Shown piece after piece: positions 17,970 through 28,514 of a stretch of DNA of 64,000 nucleotides. How positions within the stretch are numbered: position 1 is the stretch's first letter; each line of letters begins with the position of its first letter. The position numbers were made by a program, and so were the translations under genes. The stretch lies in contig CAZVIZ010000001.1 in NCBI GenBank assembly GCA_964627215.1, forward strand, positions 145,395 through 209,394, written 5' to 3'. The notes beneath the pieces are model-generated. The model was given only the letters and a program-made list of their open reading frames with translations, was not told where the DNA came from and made no database searches. The DNA comes from an uncultured Dehalococcoidales bacterium. GTDB taxonomy: Bacteria > Chloroflexota > Dehalococcoidia > Dehalococcoidales > E44-bin46.

Positions 17970-18881
17970 TTATCTCATGCCTGCCGGAGTTGCGCCGGTT
18001 TGGATAGGTTTTGCTGGCTTGCCAGCAATTGCCGGTCGCGTTACCTCCCACGCACCATAGATTGCTTCATTGATCTGCCAAGTCTCTTGACTTAAAATAC
18101 GTACAACCACCATATTACCTAAGCGGCTTACCCCTATCTCCACACCATCAACAGCTGCGCACTTATCATGTACTGAATCCTCAATTCCCCCCGGCAGATC
18201 GGGAGCATAAGCGAAGACCGTGCCCATATAGTAGGCTCCATTCCAGAGCTGTTTTAGCGCATCTACGTGCCTGCGTTCCTTTGCAACAAGGCGGTCGATG
18301 GCGAACCTTCTGTTATCAATGCTAACCTCGAACGACGATTCCATACTGTCGAACTGGAAGATTTCACCATCTCCATGGTAGATCCGGCCTGCTGTCATCA
18401 GGTCTGTGGCGAAGAGCCTTGAGGATTGATCTATGAAGATCTGAGTGTTCCGTTGGATACGACTCTGACCATAGGGGATAGCCAGACCAGAATGATACTC
18501 GAATAAGGCTCGCGCACCCACGGTCACATTAACAATCTCGCGTGAGGTTTCCCCCCCCAGGCAACCATAGAACTTACTGGCTGATTGAGCGGCTACCAGC
18601 ATCCTGGTATCGGGTTCAAGAACGGCAGTGAATTCAGTGACATCACCTTCCACGAAACCGCCGCTGGTGGTAATCAGGGGGAAAAACGGCTCATCGTCGT
18701 GATCTTGATAATGGTATCCCTGCCACTGATACGGGACACGCCGACTACGAGACTCAATCTCTGTGCGTCCATTTTGCAACCGCGCGTGTATGTTCAGTAA
18801 ACCGTGTTTACCAATATCCCAATCCTCTTTTGGCAAAACGGGTTCGGCCATAATCAACTCCTCAATCGCCTTAGGGTTCAA
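17970..18881 (-). CDS. ureD: urease accessory protein UreD
   Basis: 303 aa at the last position of the urease cluster, overlapping ureG. Length and position fit UreD/UreH. Confidence 0.7.
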   Translation of the reverse strand: MNPKAIEELIMAEPVLPKEDWDIGKHGLLNIHARLQNGRTEIESRSRRVPYQWQGYHYQDHDDEPFFPLITTSGGFVEGDVTEFTAVLEPDTRMLVAAQSASKFYGCLGGETSREIVNVTVGARALFEYHSGLAIPYGQSRIQRNTQIFIDQSSRLFATDLMTAGRIYHGDGEIFQFDSMESSFEVSIDNRRFAIDRLVAKERRHVDALKQLWNGAYYMGTVFAYAPDLPGGIEDSVHDKCAAVDGVEIGVSRLGNMVVVRILSQETWQINEAIYGAWEVTRPAIAGKPAKPIQTGATPAGMR

Positions 18882-19482
18882 TTAAAAGCACTTCGCGTTT
18901 GATCCAGCTAATCACTTGGTCAAGTCCTTCGCCGGTCTTCATATTAGTGAAGATAAATGGCTTATCGCCCCTCATATTCTTGGCGTCTCGTTCCATCAGA
19001 GAGAGATCAGCTCCCACATACTGCGCTAGGTCCCTCTTGTTAATGACTAGGAGAGGGGATTTAGTAATGCCAGGGCCGCCTTTCCTGGGGACGTCATCGC
19101 CTCCTGCTACGTCTAGAACATAGATGTGGCTATCCACAAGCTCTGGGCTATAAGTCGCTGCCAGGTTATCGCCCCCACTCTCAACGAATACTATATCAAC
19201 ATCGGGATGTTGGGCAATCATTTCCTCCACCGCATGAAGATTCATAGACACGTCTTCACGGATTGCGGTGTGAGGGCAACCCCCGGTCTCAACTCCACTA
19301 ACGCGGTCGGCAGGCAGCACACCACTTCTTACAACAGCCTGAGCGTCTTCTTTGGTATAAATATCATTGGTGATAGCTGCCACTGAATAAGTTTTCCCCA
19401 TCTCGCGAGCAAGTTGCAAGAGGAGAGCAGTCTTACCCGAGCCTACGGGTCCTGCAATTCCAAGTCTGACTGGTTTACGCAT
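18871..19482 (-). CDS. ureG: urease accessory GTPase UreG
   Basis: [16 protein letters not shown]...[13 protein letters not shown]...ESGGDNL. Confidence 0.95.
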   Translation of the reverse strand: MRKPVRLGIAGPVGSGKTALLLQLAREMGKTYSVAAITNDIYTKEDAQAVVRSGVLPADRVSGVETGGCPHTAIREDVSMNLHAVEEMIAQHPDVDIVFVESGGDNLAATYSPELVDSHIYVLDVAGGDDVPRKGGPGITKSPLLVINKRDLAQYVGADLSLMERDAKNMRGDKPFIFTNMKTGEGLDQVISWIKREVLLIEP

Positions 19483-19518
19483 TTTTCCTACTCCTTCCAG
19501 GGTTAATAGTAAATATTC

Positions 19519-20247
19519 TCAAGACATACAGAGGCGAGAATACATACGCTCGTGGTGCATAGCCGCAATATCAAGCATCGCTGCGGTAGATCCAAACTCT
19601 TCAGGCTTGAGTGACCGAGCGATTTCCACTGCTTGGGTCAACAGGGGCCAGGAATTGGTAATGATACGCTGTGCTTCTATTTGACCCAGCGGAATCAGAC
19701 GGGCAGCAACCCCTATTAGATTACCGAGAGTAGCCTGAAGGGAAACTAATACTATTTCCGCTTCTGTGATGCCCGCAGCAGCTCCGGCAACTCCGGAAGC
19801 TACGGCCTGATGACCTTCACATTTGCCTTCCTTCACTGCTTTAGCGTAAGGCTCCAACATTCCACCATGATGAAATACCTTCATCACAGTGGTAAGGAAA
19901 GCATGCCCCATCTTATATGAGGATTCCCGAATCTCCCGTGGGAGCTTTAAAGCTCCCACAAGATTGTCAAGCTCAACGATTTGCTCGAGGTCTCCTGCTA
20001 AAGCTGCACGGTGTGCTGTTGCCACCGCTGCCCCGTCCAGCGGAGCTACTCCATAGAGCAACCAGTTAGAGCATAGTTCCTCTAAGCCCTTCGCATCGGA
20101 GATCTCTCCCCTGTCTATTAGTGTTTCGAATCCATATGAGTGATTGAAAGCACCAGTGGGAAACGCTGAGTTGGCAATTTGAAGTAAATAAAGCAGCCCT
20201 TCCTGCCCTTTTTCAACAGGCATGTGACCTCCTATCCATGCAGACAT
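19519..20247 (-). CDS. ureF: urease accessory protein UreF
   Basis: 242 aa: LLQIANSAFPTGAFNHSYGFE, the typical UreF motif. Confidence 0.85.
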   Translation of the reverse strand: MSAWIGGHMPVEKGQEGLLYLLQIANSAFPTGAFNHSYGFETLIDRGEISDAKGLEELCSNWLLYGVAPLDGAAVATAHRAALAGDLEQIVELDNLVGALKLPREIRESSYKMGHAFLTTVMKVFHHGGMLEPYAKAVKEGKCEGHQAVASGVAGAAAGITEAEIVLVSLQATLGNLIGVAARLIPLGQIEAQRIITNSWPLLTQAVEIARSLKPEEFGSTAAMLDIAAMHHERMYSRLCMS

Positions 20248-20711
20248 TAATCGTGATGATGATGGTGGGCGCCATAACGTTTGCCCGTAAAGGGCGTCAC
20301 ACGTTGGACATAAGGAACTTTGAGCCGGTCCAACACGCCTGCAACCCCTGAATCAGCTGGGGTGAGTAACGAATCGTGGTTGAAACGTACAGGGCTGTGC
20401 AAGTTTCCCAGCAGATAGCCGGTCACCCCCCACTCAAGCGCATCTCTTGGACTAACCACAAAGAGATCCTCTGGTGCAGCGGCGATAACGATGGCGATCT
20501 CCCCATCCACTGCTATCACGTCTCCGTCCATGAGTTCAATGCCTCGTGGAATAGAGAGCCGCATATTGCGCCCGCCTTCGGTTTGTCTGACCATGTGGGG
20601 GCTCGACCGCTCCTCTGCGGTTAGCAGGAGGCGGTCGAACCCCTTCACGTTCTCTTTAAAGTCGTCAGCTTTTCCTAGGACCTCTACAACCACACCCTCT
20701 TCACCAATCAT
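20247..20711 (-). CDS. ureE: urease accessory metallochaperone UreE
   Basis: 154 aa with His-rich tail GAHHHHHD, positioned between ureC and ureF. Confidence 0.8.
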   Translation of the reverse strand: MIGEEGVVVEVLGKADDFKENVKGFDRLLLTAEERSSPHMVRQTEGGRNMRLSIPRGIELMDGDVIAVDGEIAIVIAAAPEDLFVVSPRDALEWGVTGYLLGNLHSPVRFNHDSLLTPADSGVAGVLDRLKVPYVQRVTPFTGKRYGAHHHHHD

Positions 20712-20741
20712 ATCCGACTTCCTTTTTATCTAGGCGTCTTC

Positions 20742-22451
20742 TTAACGGAAGAAATAAAGCTGAGACATAGGCAGCGACTTAGCTGGCTTTACCGTTGCTC
20801 GTTCCCCGTCCACATAAACGCTGTATGACTCTGGGTCGATTTCGATTTCGCCCATCCAGTCATTATACAGCATATCACGTTTGGACAGTGTTCGCACATC
20901 GTGGACCGGCATCAGGGTCTGATGGGACCCAAGCCTGTCGGCCAAGCCGTCATCAATGGCTGCCTGAGGCACGAAGGAATAGCTTAACTGTGACGGATTG
21001 CTACCAAAGGCTGCGTACTGTGGGCGAATCTTGGTCGGCTGGGTGGTCATTAGGGAACCATTGGGTTCTCCCATATCGGCCCTGGAAATGTACCCGCCCT
21101 TTAATATGTGCTGTGGCTTCACGAAGATCATGTCAGGCCGCCAGACAACGAGGTCGGCGAGCTTTCCTGGTTCTATGGAGCCAATATACTGGGAGACACC
21201 AGTGGCGATACAAGGGTTGATGGTAACCTTGGACAAGTATCGCTTGATGCGGAAGTTGTCGTTATTAGGGCTGTCTTCAGGAAGCTTGCCATAACGCACC
21301 TTGTTGACAGCAGCAAGCTGGAAACTCTTCAGCGCGCTCTCACCGGCACGCCCCATGCCCTGGTTGTCCGCCGTCATCATGCTGATAGCACCGATGTCGT
21401 GCAAAACATCCTCAGCCCTCATAGTTTCCGCACGTGCTCGCCCATGGGCGAATGCTATATCTGTCGGCACATCTACGTTGAGATTGTGGCACGTAATCAG
21501 CATGCCGAGAGACTCATCCCAGGTATTGATACAGAACGGATTAGCACAACTGGTCGAGCTGGTCAATAAGTTGGGCTCACCGCAGCACTTCAGGAGGTCT
21601 GGAGCATGTCCCCCTCCGGTACCTTCAACATGATACATATGCATCACTCGTCCGTTGATGGTTTCAAGCGTGCGTTCCATGTATCCGGCTTCATTAAGGG
21701 TGTCAGTGTGCAGCATTATTGGTATATCGTACTCGTCGCCAATCTGCAGACAGACATCGGTTACTGCGTGGGTTGCGCCCCAATCCTCATGAATCTTAAA
21801 GCCCGTTGCACCATTCAGAACCTGTTCTCTTAGTACACCTTTGCTTATGGCATTGCCCTTGCCCCAGTTAGCGAAGTTGACAGGGAAATCGGCCATAGCC
21901 TGCAGCATCATGCGCAAGTTGTTTTGGCCTGGGCACTCAATACCAACGGTGTGAGGGCCCGTGCCGCCGCCGAATAGACTGGTAAAACCAGCGTTCAAGA
22001 ATTCGTATACTGTCTGGACGGAATCGAAGTGGACATGGGCGTCCACTAGTCCTGGAGTGACGATCTTGCCTTCGACTGACAGGATATCAGTGTTGGCTGA
22101 AACAACCAGCCCTGGGGTGATATCCATGGTGTCTGGATTGCCTGCTTTGCCCACGCCAACGAACTTGCCATCCCGAATGCCTATATCGCCTTTAACTATG
22201 CCCTGGACTGGGTCCATGATGACGGCATTGGTTATTACGAAGTCAAGAGCGCCATCGTTATATGACCATTTGCCCGAATGGCCCGCGCCATCACGGATGG
22301 TCTTGCCGGGGCCGAACACCATCTCGTCACCATAAGTACCATAATCGTGTTCAATCTCGGCAACTAGGCCTGTGTCCGCCAAGTGAATGCGATCACCCTT
22401 CGTCGGCCCATACTGTATCGCATAATCAGAACGCGGAATCTTTACGCTCAT
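20742..22451 (-). CDS. ureC: urease alpha subunit
   Basis: 569 aa: VDAHVHF...MLHTDTLNE...HVEGTGGGHAPD...MGRAGE active-site motifs. Confidence 0.95.
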   Translation of the reverse strand: MSVKIPRSDYAIQYGPTKGDRIHLADTGLVAEIEHDYGTYGDEMVFGPGKTIRDGAGHSGKWSYNDGALDFVITNAVIMDPVQGIVKGDIGIRDGKFVGVGKAGNPDTMDITPGLVVSANTDILSVEGKIVTPGLVDAHVHFDSVQTVYEFLNAGFTSLFGGGTGPHTVGIECPGQNNLRMMLQAMADFPVNFANWGKGNAISKGVLREQVLNGATGFKIHEDWGATHAVTDVCLQIGDEYDIPIMLHTDTLNEAGYMERTLETINGRVMHMYHVEGTGGGHAPDLLKCCGEPNLLTSSTSCANPFCINTWDESLGMLITCHNLNVDVPTDIAFAHGRARAETMRAEDVLHDIGAISMMTADNQGMGRAGESALKSFQLAAVNKVRYGKLPEDSPNNDNFRIKRYLSKVTINPCIATGVSQYIGSIEPGKLADLVVWRPDMIFVKPQHILKGGYISRADMGEPNGSLMTTQPTKIRPQYAAFGSNPSQLSYSFVPQAAIDDGLADRLGSHQTLMPVHDVRTLSKRDMLYNDWMGEIEIDPESYSVYVDGERATVKPAKSLPMSQLYFFR

Positions 22452-22501
22452 ATTTGTGCCTCTCTTTCATACTTTAAAAGTTGAAATACCTTCCGGTATA
22501 G

Positions 22502-23005
22502 TTACTTTTTCTTAGCCTTATACTTCTCGTCTGCTCGAGTTACTACCGGGTATCTATCTCCCTCAAAGCAGAAACCGTCGGCACGTAGCCTGCTCATGGT
22601 TTGTTTCTTGATCTCCGGCAACCTTACAGAGCCGTTGGTCATGTTGTTTAGGCCATATATTGCCTGGTGCCCTAGGAAGGTTGTAAGACGGATTTTCTGG
22701 CTTTGTCCGGGCTCAAAACGCACAGAGGTCCCTGCTGGTATGTCGAGACGCAATCCGAAAGCAGCCTCACGATCAAAAGCCATAGCTCTATTGCACTCTG
22801 CAAAATGGAAATGCGCTCCAACCTGGACAGCGCGGTCACCTGTGTTGACCACCGTTAGTTCCGTAGTTGGTCTACCGACGTTAATTTCAATATCGCCTTC
22901 AGCGAAGTCGATATGTCCGCACTTGCTTGGCTCACCAACATCAAATGATTCCTTTGGAATCACAGACTTAGGTAGAGGCGGCCTTTCCCAAAATTTCTCA
23001 GACAT
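22502..23005 (-). CDS. ureB: urease beta subunit (with N- and C-terminal extensions)
   Basis: The core INVGRPTTELTVVNTGDRAVQVGAHFHFAECNRAMAFDR matches UreB. At 167 aa it is longer than the usual ~100-130 aa. Confidence 0.85.
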   Translation of the reverse strand: MSEKFWERPPLPKSVIPKESFDVGEPSKCGHIDFAEGDIEINVGRPTTELTVVNTGDRAVQVGAHFHFAECNRAMAFDREAAFGLRLDIPAGTSVRFEPGQSQKIRLTTFLGHQAIYGLNNMTNGSVRLPEIKKQTMSRLRADGFCFEGDRYPVVTRADEKYKAKKK

Positions 23006-23030
23006 AGCTATCCTCCTTTCGTAATATCTA

Positions 23031-23339
23031 CTATCGTATCGGGTTATATATGGTAACTAACTTCGAGCCTTCGGGGAACTTTACATCGATTTGTAGGATT
23101 TTCATCATCTCCGGCACCGGCTCCATAACGTGATCCTTTGTTAGGATCTTTCCCCCGTATTCCACAAGGTCAACGAGCATCGGAATACTGTTGTCGCGGG
23201 CGCGCTCAAGGACTTCATCACAAATCAGGGCCATGGCTTCGGGGTAGTTCAACTTAACCCCACGCTCAAGCCGCCGCCGAGCCATCTCAGCCGCCGCCCA
23301 AACTTGTATGCGCTCCTCTTCATGGATTGTTAAATGCAT
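23031..23339 (-). CDS. ureA: urease gamma subunit
   Basis: MHLTIHEEERIQVWAAAEMARRRLERGVKLNYPEA. ATG at 23339 is preferred over the track TTG at 23345. Confidence 0.9.
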   Translation of the reverse strand: MHLTIHEEERIQVWAAAEMARRRLERGVKLNYPEAMALICDEVLERARDNSIPMLVDLVEYGGKILTKDHVMEPVPEMMKILQIDVKFPEGSKLVTIYNPIR

Positions 23340-23438
23340 CCCCAACCCCCTTTCTCTTTCTATTAAGAATAAAATCTCTCAACTTCTTTATTGCGCCTAC
23401 CTTCACATAACCCCCCTCCCTTTCTATTGATTATCACT

Positions 23439-23456
23439 GCGCAATATCATTTGCGC
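23439..23456. promoter_or_regulatory. palindrome GCGCAA-N6-TTGCGC upstream of ureA (operator candidate)
   Basis: Perfect 6-6-6 inverted repeat about 100 bp upstream of the ureA start, in the SBP1-ureA spacer. Confidence 0.3.
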
Positions 23457-23500
23457 TTCAAGTAGCTCACAGGGTTTATCCTATTAGTGCCTACTTATGG

Positions 23501-24931
23501 CTACTCTAGCCAAGGAGGCAATACAAACTCCGTTCCTACCTCTTCAATATATTGATGTCGGGGTTGATACCCGTAGTGTTCTAACATATATTCTTCTGTG
23601 GGGTAGTCATATAAGAAGAGTACTATATCCTGCGGGCCGTCTGATGTGACCTGTATCTGGCTGAAGGTCATTGAGGACCCGTAATCTGGTCCCTCCGGAC
23701 GGTTTTCCTTGTCCCACTCCGGCATACCCTCTCTCCACATTGTACGGTCAGTACCGCTCAGCGGCGATATGTTAGTCCCGCTCGGGCCATAAGTCATGCC
23801 TTTCATGTGAGTGTCCATGATGTGATCAATAATTCCGCGATAATCCTTCACATCACCGACAGCTTCAACAGCTTCCGCCCAGAACATAACCTGATCATAG
23901 TTTGAATAAGCCATGCAGAAGCCAGGCCCCTCGCCAAATCTGGCCGTATATCTTTCCCTGTAATCGTACGCCTTGTCGGTTGGATACGGCCCTATGGTGG
24001 TTTGCCAAAGCAAGCCCACAGCTTGTTCCCCCAGCATTTTCCGCAATTCAGGTGTAGTCGGAGCATACTGGATAACAATCAGCGAATCGGTCGGGTCTTC
24101 AAGGAATTGCCTTACGAAAGCGGCTGATTCGGGAACAAACGCGGTGTTGAAAAAGATGAACCCTGGGTTTGCCTCCCTGATCTTGGCTAGCTGTATCCCA
24201 AATTCCGGAACACCACTGCCGACGTCCATGCTCCTGAATGGGTGAACTTCATCTATCACTAATTCCCACTCGGGGTCCGCTTCTATCAAATCTCTTAGAA
24301 CGCCCGAAATCTCCAAGTTGTAGGTTACCTGTGCCGTTAAGATTGCTGCCGTTTTGCTTGGATAATCATATTCCTCCGCAATCTTCTCAGTCATAATCTC
24401 ATAAACATTTGGGCCATACATTACTGCGGTGTCGTCCAGCTGCAATATGTTCCAGTACTTATCTGGGTTCGACGCCCACATTTCAGCAAACAGTTCTGTA
24501 GTACCCACATGAAGATAGGGAATGCCGCCGGTCTCCTCCGCGGCGAAAATATCCATGAAGGCGGGATCGAAGCCATAACCCGGGAAGAAGGCATCTACCT
24601 CCTTTTGTAGCAGGTAGTCACGAGCCGCGATCTGGTCCTGCGCCCCCCAGTTCACCACATCACGGATAAAGATTTCTACGCGTCTCCCCAGTAACCCACC
24701 CCTAGCGTTTATCTCTTCAACCGCCATGGTCATTCCGCGTTCCATCTCTATCGCATCAGGCCCTGGCACCCCGCTGAGAGGCAAGGGCGCGCCTATTCTT
24801 ATCGGTTCTATCTCCTCTGGTGTTGGAGTTGGGGCAGCACAGCCATTTAGCAATGGCACACTTGTTAGCAGTACCGCTGCTAAGCTTATACCGACAATCG
24901 CTTTAAACTTTAACAATTTAGATTTACCCAT
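23501..24931 (-). CDS. ABC transporter substrate-binding lipoprotein, Liv/Urt (HAAT) type, paralog 1
   Basis: Lipobox LLNGC. It is very similar to the 28515-29993 product (shared blocks such as DPAFMDIFAAEETGGIPYLH and ELFAEMWASNPDKYWNILQ). The internal ATG at 24931 avoids overlap with the ATPase gene. Confidence 0.75.
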   Translation of the reverse strand: MGKSKLLKFKAIVGISLAAVLLTSVPLLNGCAAPTPTPEEIEPIRIGAPLPLSGVPGPDAIEMERGMTMAVEEINARGGLLGRRVEIFIRDVVNWGAQDQIAARDYLLQKEVDAFFPGYGFDPAFMDIFAAEETGGIPYLHVGTTELFAEMWASNPDKYWNILQLDDTAVMYGPNVYEIMTEKIAEEYDYPSKTAAILTAQVTYNLEISGVLRDLIEADPEWELVIDEVHPFRSMDVGSGVPEFGIQLAKIREANPGFIFFNTAFVPESAAFVRQFLEDPTDSLIVIQYAPTTPELRKMLGEQAVGLLWQTTIGPYPTDKAYDYRERYTARFGEGPGFCMAYSNYDQVMFWAEAVEAVGDVKDYRGIIDHIMDTHMKGMTYGPSGTNISPLSGTDRTMWREGMPEWDKENRPEGPDYGSSMTFSQIQVTSDGPQDIVLFLYDYPTEEYMLEHYGYQPRHQYIEEVGTEFVLPPWLE

Positions 24932-24932
24932 T

Positions 24933-25637
24933 TTATATCCCCAAGAACACGGCTTTGACATGCTCATTTTGCATGACCTCTTCCGTGGTCCCATGGAATA
25001 CTATCCGGCCGTCTTCTACCAAGTAGACCTTGTCTGTATATTCTGAGGCTTCGGTAATATCTTGCTCCACCATAAGCACGGTAATCCCGGTCTTATTGAT
25101 AGTGGCGATTGTCTTAAACACCTCTTCTCTAAGAAAGGGAGCTAAACCCAGTGATGGTTCGTCTATCGCCAGCAGTTTGGCGTTGGACATCAAACCTCGC
25201 CCGAGAGCCAGCATACGAGCCTCTCCACCGCTTAACTGCTCAGCCAGATGCGAAATCCGCTCTTTCAATCTTGGGAACATTTCGAGGACGTATTCGATAT
25301 TCTCAGCCATCTTAGCTCTAGCATGTACGTTATAGGCGCCCAATTCCAGATTATCCATGACGCTCATTTTCGGGAAAAGATGCCTGTCCTCGGCGATATA
25401 CACTAAACCCATCTCGACTAGCTTGAGAGCCCCCAGGTTAGTAATATCTTTTCCGTCAAAATTTATTGAGCCTGAGGTCGATGGATGTAGGCCGCAGATA
25501 GTCTTAAGCAGGGTGCTTTTACCATGACCATTCGGCCCGAAAACAACCACCAACTCACCCTCGGCTACCTCAAGAGAAATATCGTGTAATGCCCGGAATT
25601 GTCCGTAGTAACTATTCAGGTCTTTTACTTTAAGCAT
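24933..25637 (-). CDS. ABC transporter ATP-binding protein (LivF/UrtE-like)
   Basis: Walker A GPNGHGKST, signature LSGGE, Walker B LLAIDEP. Confidence 0.9.
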   Translation of the reverse strand: MLKVKDLNSYYGQFRALHDISLEVAEGELVVVFGPNGHGKSTLLKTICGLHPSTSGSINFDGKDITNLGALKLVEMGLVYIAEDRHLFPKMSVMDNLELGAYNVHARAKMAENIEYVLEMFPRLKERISHLAEQLSGGEARMLALGRGLMSNAKLLAIDEPSLGLAPFLREEVFKTIATINKTGITVLMVEQDITEASEYTDKVYLVEDGRIVFHGTTEEVMQNEHVKAVFLGI

Positions 25638-26352
25638 GTTTGCCCCTCCCTAGATAAACTTCTATGACCTTCTCCATGCTGCAAACCTCATCCGGAGGAC
25701 CAATAGCAATCTTGACACCGTTTTCTAGAATCATGAGTCTATTAGCCAGCCGCGTGAGCACCTTCATCAGGTGCTCAATTATTATGATGGTCATACCCAG
25801 TTCAGTATTTACCTTTTCAACTAGAGAAACAAACTGTCCAACCTCTGTCGGGCTTAGCCCACCTATGGGTTCATCTAACAGCAGTAACTTTGGTTTTGTG
25901 GCCAGAGCCGCTGCTAACATGGTCAGCTTTTTATCGTAGAGATTGAGGTTGTCAGCGATAACCTCCTCTTTCCCTTCTAACCCCACAAACTTGATCGCCT
26001 CCCTAATATTCTCATACTTTTCTTCTTTTCCCACGTTGCCGAAATGTGCGCCAACCTCTACATTAGCGTGCACCGGCAGGGTAGAGAAAAGCTGAGGGAT
26101 TTGAAGAGTTCCTGCAACACCCCTGTGACAGACTTGATGCGTTTTAAGCTTCATAATGTGTTCATTATCAAAGATAATGTCCCCTGAGCCCTTGTAGACT
26201 CTGGAGATTACATTAAACAAAGTGGTTTTTCCCGCACCATTTGGCCCGGCAACGCCAAGCACCTCCCCTTTTTCTAACTCAAAGTCGAGGTCGCTAATCA
26301 CTTTTAATGAACCAAATTGCTGGGTTACTTTCTCACATTTAAGAAGGGACAT
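25630..26352 (-). CDS. ABC transporter ATP-binding protein (LivG/UrtD-like)
   Basis: GPNGAGKTT...LLLLDEP...IIEH. Confidence 0.9.
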   Translation of the reverse strand: MSLLKCEKVTQQFGSLKVISDLDFELEKGEVLGVAGPNGAGKTTLFNVISRVYKGSGDIIFDNEHIMKLKTHQVCHRGVAGTLQIPQLFSTLPVHANVEVGAHFGNVGKEEKYENIREAIKFVGLEGKEEVIADNLNLYDKKLTMLAAALATKPKLLLLDEPIGGLSPTEVGQFVSLVEKVNTELGMTIIIIEHLMKVLTRLANRLMILENGVKIAIGPPDEVCSMEKVIEVYLGRGKHA

Positions 26353-26411
26353 ATTTATTCCTCTTGTTGGGCAAATATAGTTTTATACTCATATATCGTC
26401 CATTCCATACG

Positions 26412-27416
26412 TCATGCCGTAGGCGAGTCACTCACCTTTTTAGATGTCCTGCCCGTGATGAAACGCTTGGCGACTTCGGGTATTGAAATTAGGCCACCAG
26501 GTAAAGCAATCATTACTGCTACTACTATTGCTCCCAGTATTGTAAGACGTGCCATACCTACCTCCCGCGCAGCATCGTTAAGGAATATGACTACGAACGC
26601 GCCAATCGCTGCTCCGGGGAACCGTGACATACCTCCAAGCATAACCATGACTAGAGCGAAAAGGAAAAACTCAAGTCTAAAGATGCCAGGAGAAATCACG
26701 CCCATGTAATGAACGTAGAAACTGCCTGCCACGCCTGTGATGAAAGCAGCCAGTGCGAACACTATAACCGTGTATTTATACTGGTCTATTCCGAGCTTCT
26801 TTGCGAAGGTTTCAGCATCACGGAGGGCCATGAATGCCAGCCCGATTGGGGAATTGATAATCTTATGTATCGCAAAAATGAATCCAGCGAATAGACCTAA
26901 AGCCGCATAATACCAAGGGATCATATTAAGCTTAGAGAAAACATAGTCTCCAACATTCAGGGGCGCTATGCCAAACAAACCGTAAGTTCCCCCAGTCCCA
27001 ATCGCGTTTCCAGCGACAAATAAGGTTGGCAGGACTAGATGAATGGCGAAGGTGACCATACCTACATAGATTCCTCTAAGTCTAAGGCAGATTACAGCCA
27101 CTACAAGACCGGTGGCTAGTGCTATGCCACCCCCTGCCAGCATTCCCAGCCATGGTGATATTCCCATATGTAAGGTAAGCATGGCCGAAGCGTAACCACC
27201 CAGGGCGAAAAACGCGAGCTGTCCGAAAGACAAGACCCTGGCATATCCCATAATCAGGTCCCATGCGCTAGCTACCACGCCCCAAATGAAGCTCAAGATA
27301 AACAAATGCATTATGTCGCGGTTGCCTCCGATGCCAAGCGGAAGAAGGCATAAAAGTGCTGCTAAACCGATGAAAATATAGGATTTCTTGTTTAATCTCA
27401 ATGCTCTTTTTACCAT
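26412..27416 (-). CDS. ABC transporter permease (LivM/UrtC-like)
   Basis: Polytopic membrane protein. ATG at 27416 overlaps the livH-like stop (ATGGTAA). Confidence 0.85.
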   Translation of the reverse strand: MVKRALRLNKKSYIFIGLAALLCLLPLGIGGNRDIMHLFILSFIWGVVASAWDLIMGYARVLSFGQLAFFALGGYASAMLTLHMGISPWLGMLAGGGIALATGLVVAVICLRLRGIYVGMVTFAIHLVLPTLFVAGNAIGTGGTYGLFGIAPLNVGDYVFSKLNMIPWYYAALGLFAGFIFAIHKIINSPIGLAFMALRDAETFAKKLGIDQYKYTVIVFALAAFITGVAGSFYVHYMGVISPGIFRLEFFLFALVMVMLGGMSRFPGAAIGAFVVIFLNDAAREVGMARLTILGAIVVAVMIALPGGLISIPEVAKRFITGRTSKKVSDSPTA

Positions 27417-28282
27417 GTTCCAAACAGTCCTCTCGGCCTCAGCGCTAATACTACGAACAATATCACCAAGAAGATAGGCAGCGCCCATAGAGCGCCGATT
27501 TGATATGTAACAAACGCCTCTACTATCGCCAAGGTGAAGGCAGCGACGATGGTCCCTTTAATACTGCCTAAGCCGCCAAATACTACAACTACCATTGCCT
27601 TGACAAGAACAGGCCAACCTACATAGGAATATAGCTGGGTTCTTGGAGCGAGAAGCATACCGCTGATACCAGCCAGGGCTGTTGTTAAAGCAAATGTATA
27701 GCCAAATACCTTAGGTGATGGTATCCCGACAATGGCTGCCCCTATCGAATCTTGGGCAACCCCTTGCATAGCCTTCCCGGCTCTGGTTTTCTTCAAGAAC
27801 ATGTTAAGTGCGATCATTGCAGCTATCGCTATAAGCAATATTGCTAGATCATGTTTAGCAAATGAAAACTGACCAAATGTCAAGTTACCCTCAATTAGGT
27901 AGGGCAAGGTTCTGCCTCGCGCGCCAAAGATTACCAGAGATAAGTTATCTAAGAACAAGGCAGAGCCTAAAGTAACGATTATGGCAAGCCATTCCCAGTC
28001 AGGGAAGCGACGCAACGGATTTAGAAGCGCCCTTTCATATGCTAGGCCCATAAAGAACATAATTACGATTGTAATGCCAAAAACCAACGGATAAGGTAGG
28101 TTAAAGTATCCTTTGTGCAAGCTCCAGGCGATGTATCCACCCCAGAGATAGAACGACCCCAGAGCAAAATTGAAGACCCTGGTAATACCGTAAACTAGAG
28201 TTAACCCTAAAGCCATTAAGGCATATATACCACCAAGCGAGATGGCAACTAAAAGTACATCTATGACTTCAGAACCAGACAT
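27410..28282 (-). CDS. ABC transporter permease (LivH/UrtB-like)
   Basis: 290 aa, polytopic: LTLVYGITRVFNFALG. Confidence 0.85.
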   Translation of the reverse strand: MSGSEVIDVLLVAISLGGIYALMALGLTLVYGITRVFNFALGSFYLWGGYIAWSLHKGYFNLPYPLVFGITIVIMFFMGLAYERALLNPLRRFPDWEWLAIIVTLGSALFLDNLSLVIFGARGRTLPYLIEGNLTFGQFSFAKHDLAILLIAIAAMIALNMFLKKTRAGKAMQGVAQDSIGAAIVGIPSPKVFGYTFALTTALAGISGMLLAPRTQLYSYVGWPVLVKAMVVVVFGGLGSIKGTIVAAFTLAIVEAFVTYQIGALWALPIFLVILFVVLALRPRGLFGTW

Positions 28283-28514
28283 AGCTTGTCACCTTTCCCC
28301 TCCGCTTGGGACATGCGCTTCTCTTCTTGTCTGCGTATCCCTTGAAATTTTGCCCCACTGTGGTTCTCTCCCCTATGGGCCGGGCATAAGTGCTTAGTCG
28401 CCGCTTCTTTCTTCCTCTATCCCTTGGTGCCAGGGATAACACGGCAGTACAAACCGTAAGCATAACTAAGCACCTATGCTGCCCTATAAATTTAAGGTTT
28501 CAACCTTGCGAAAC

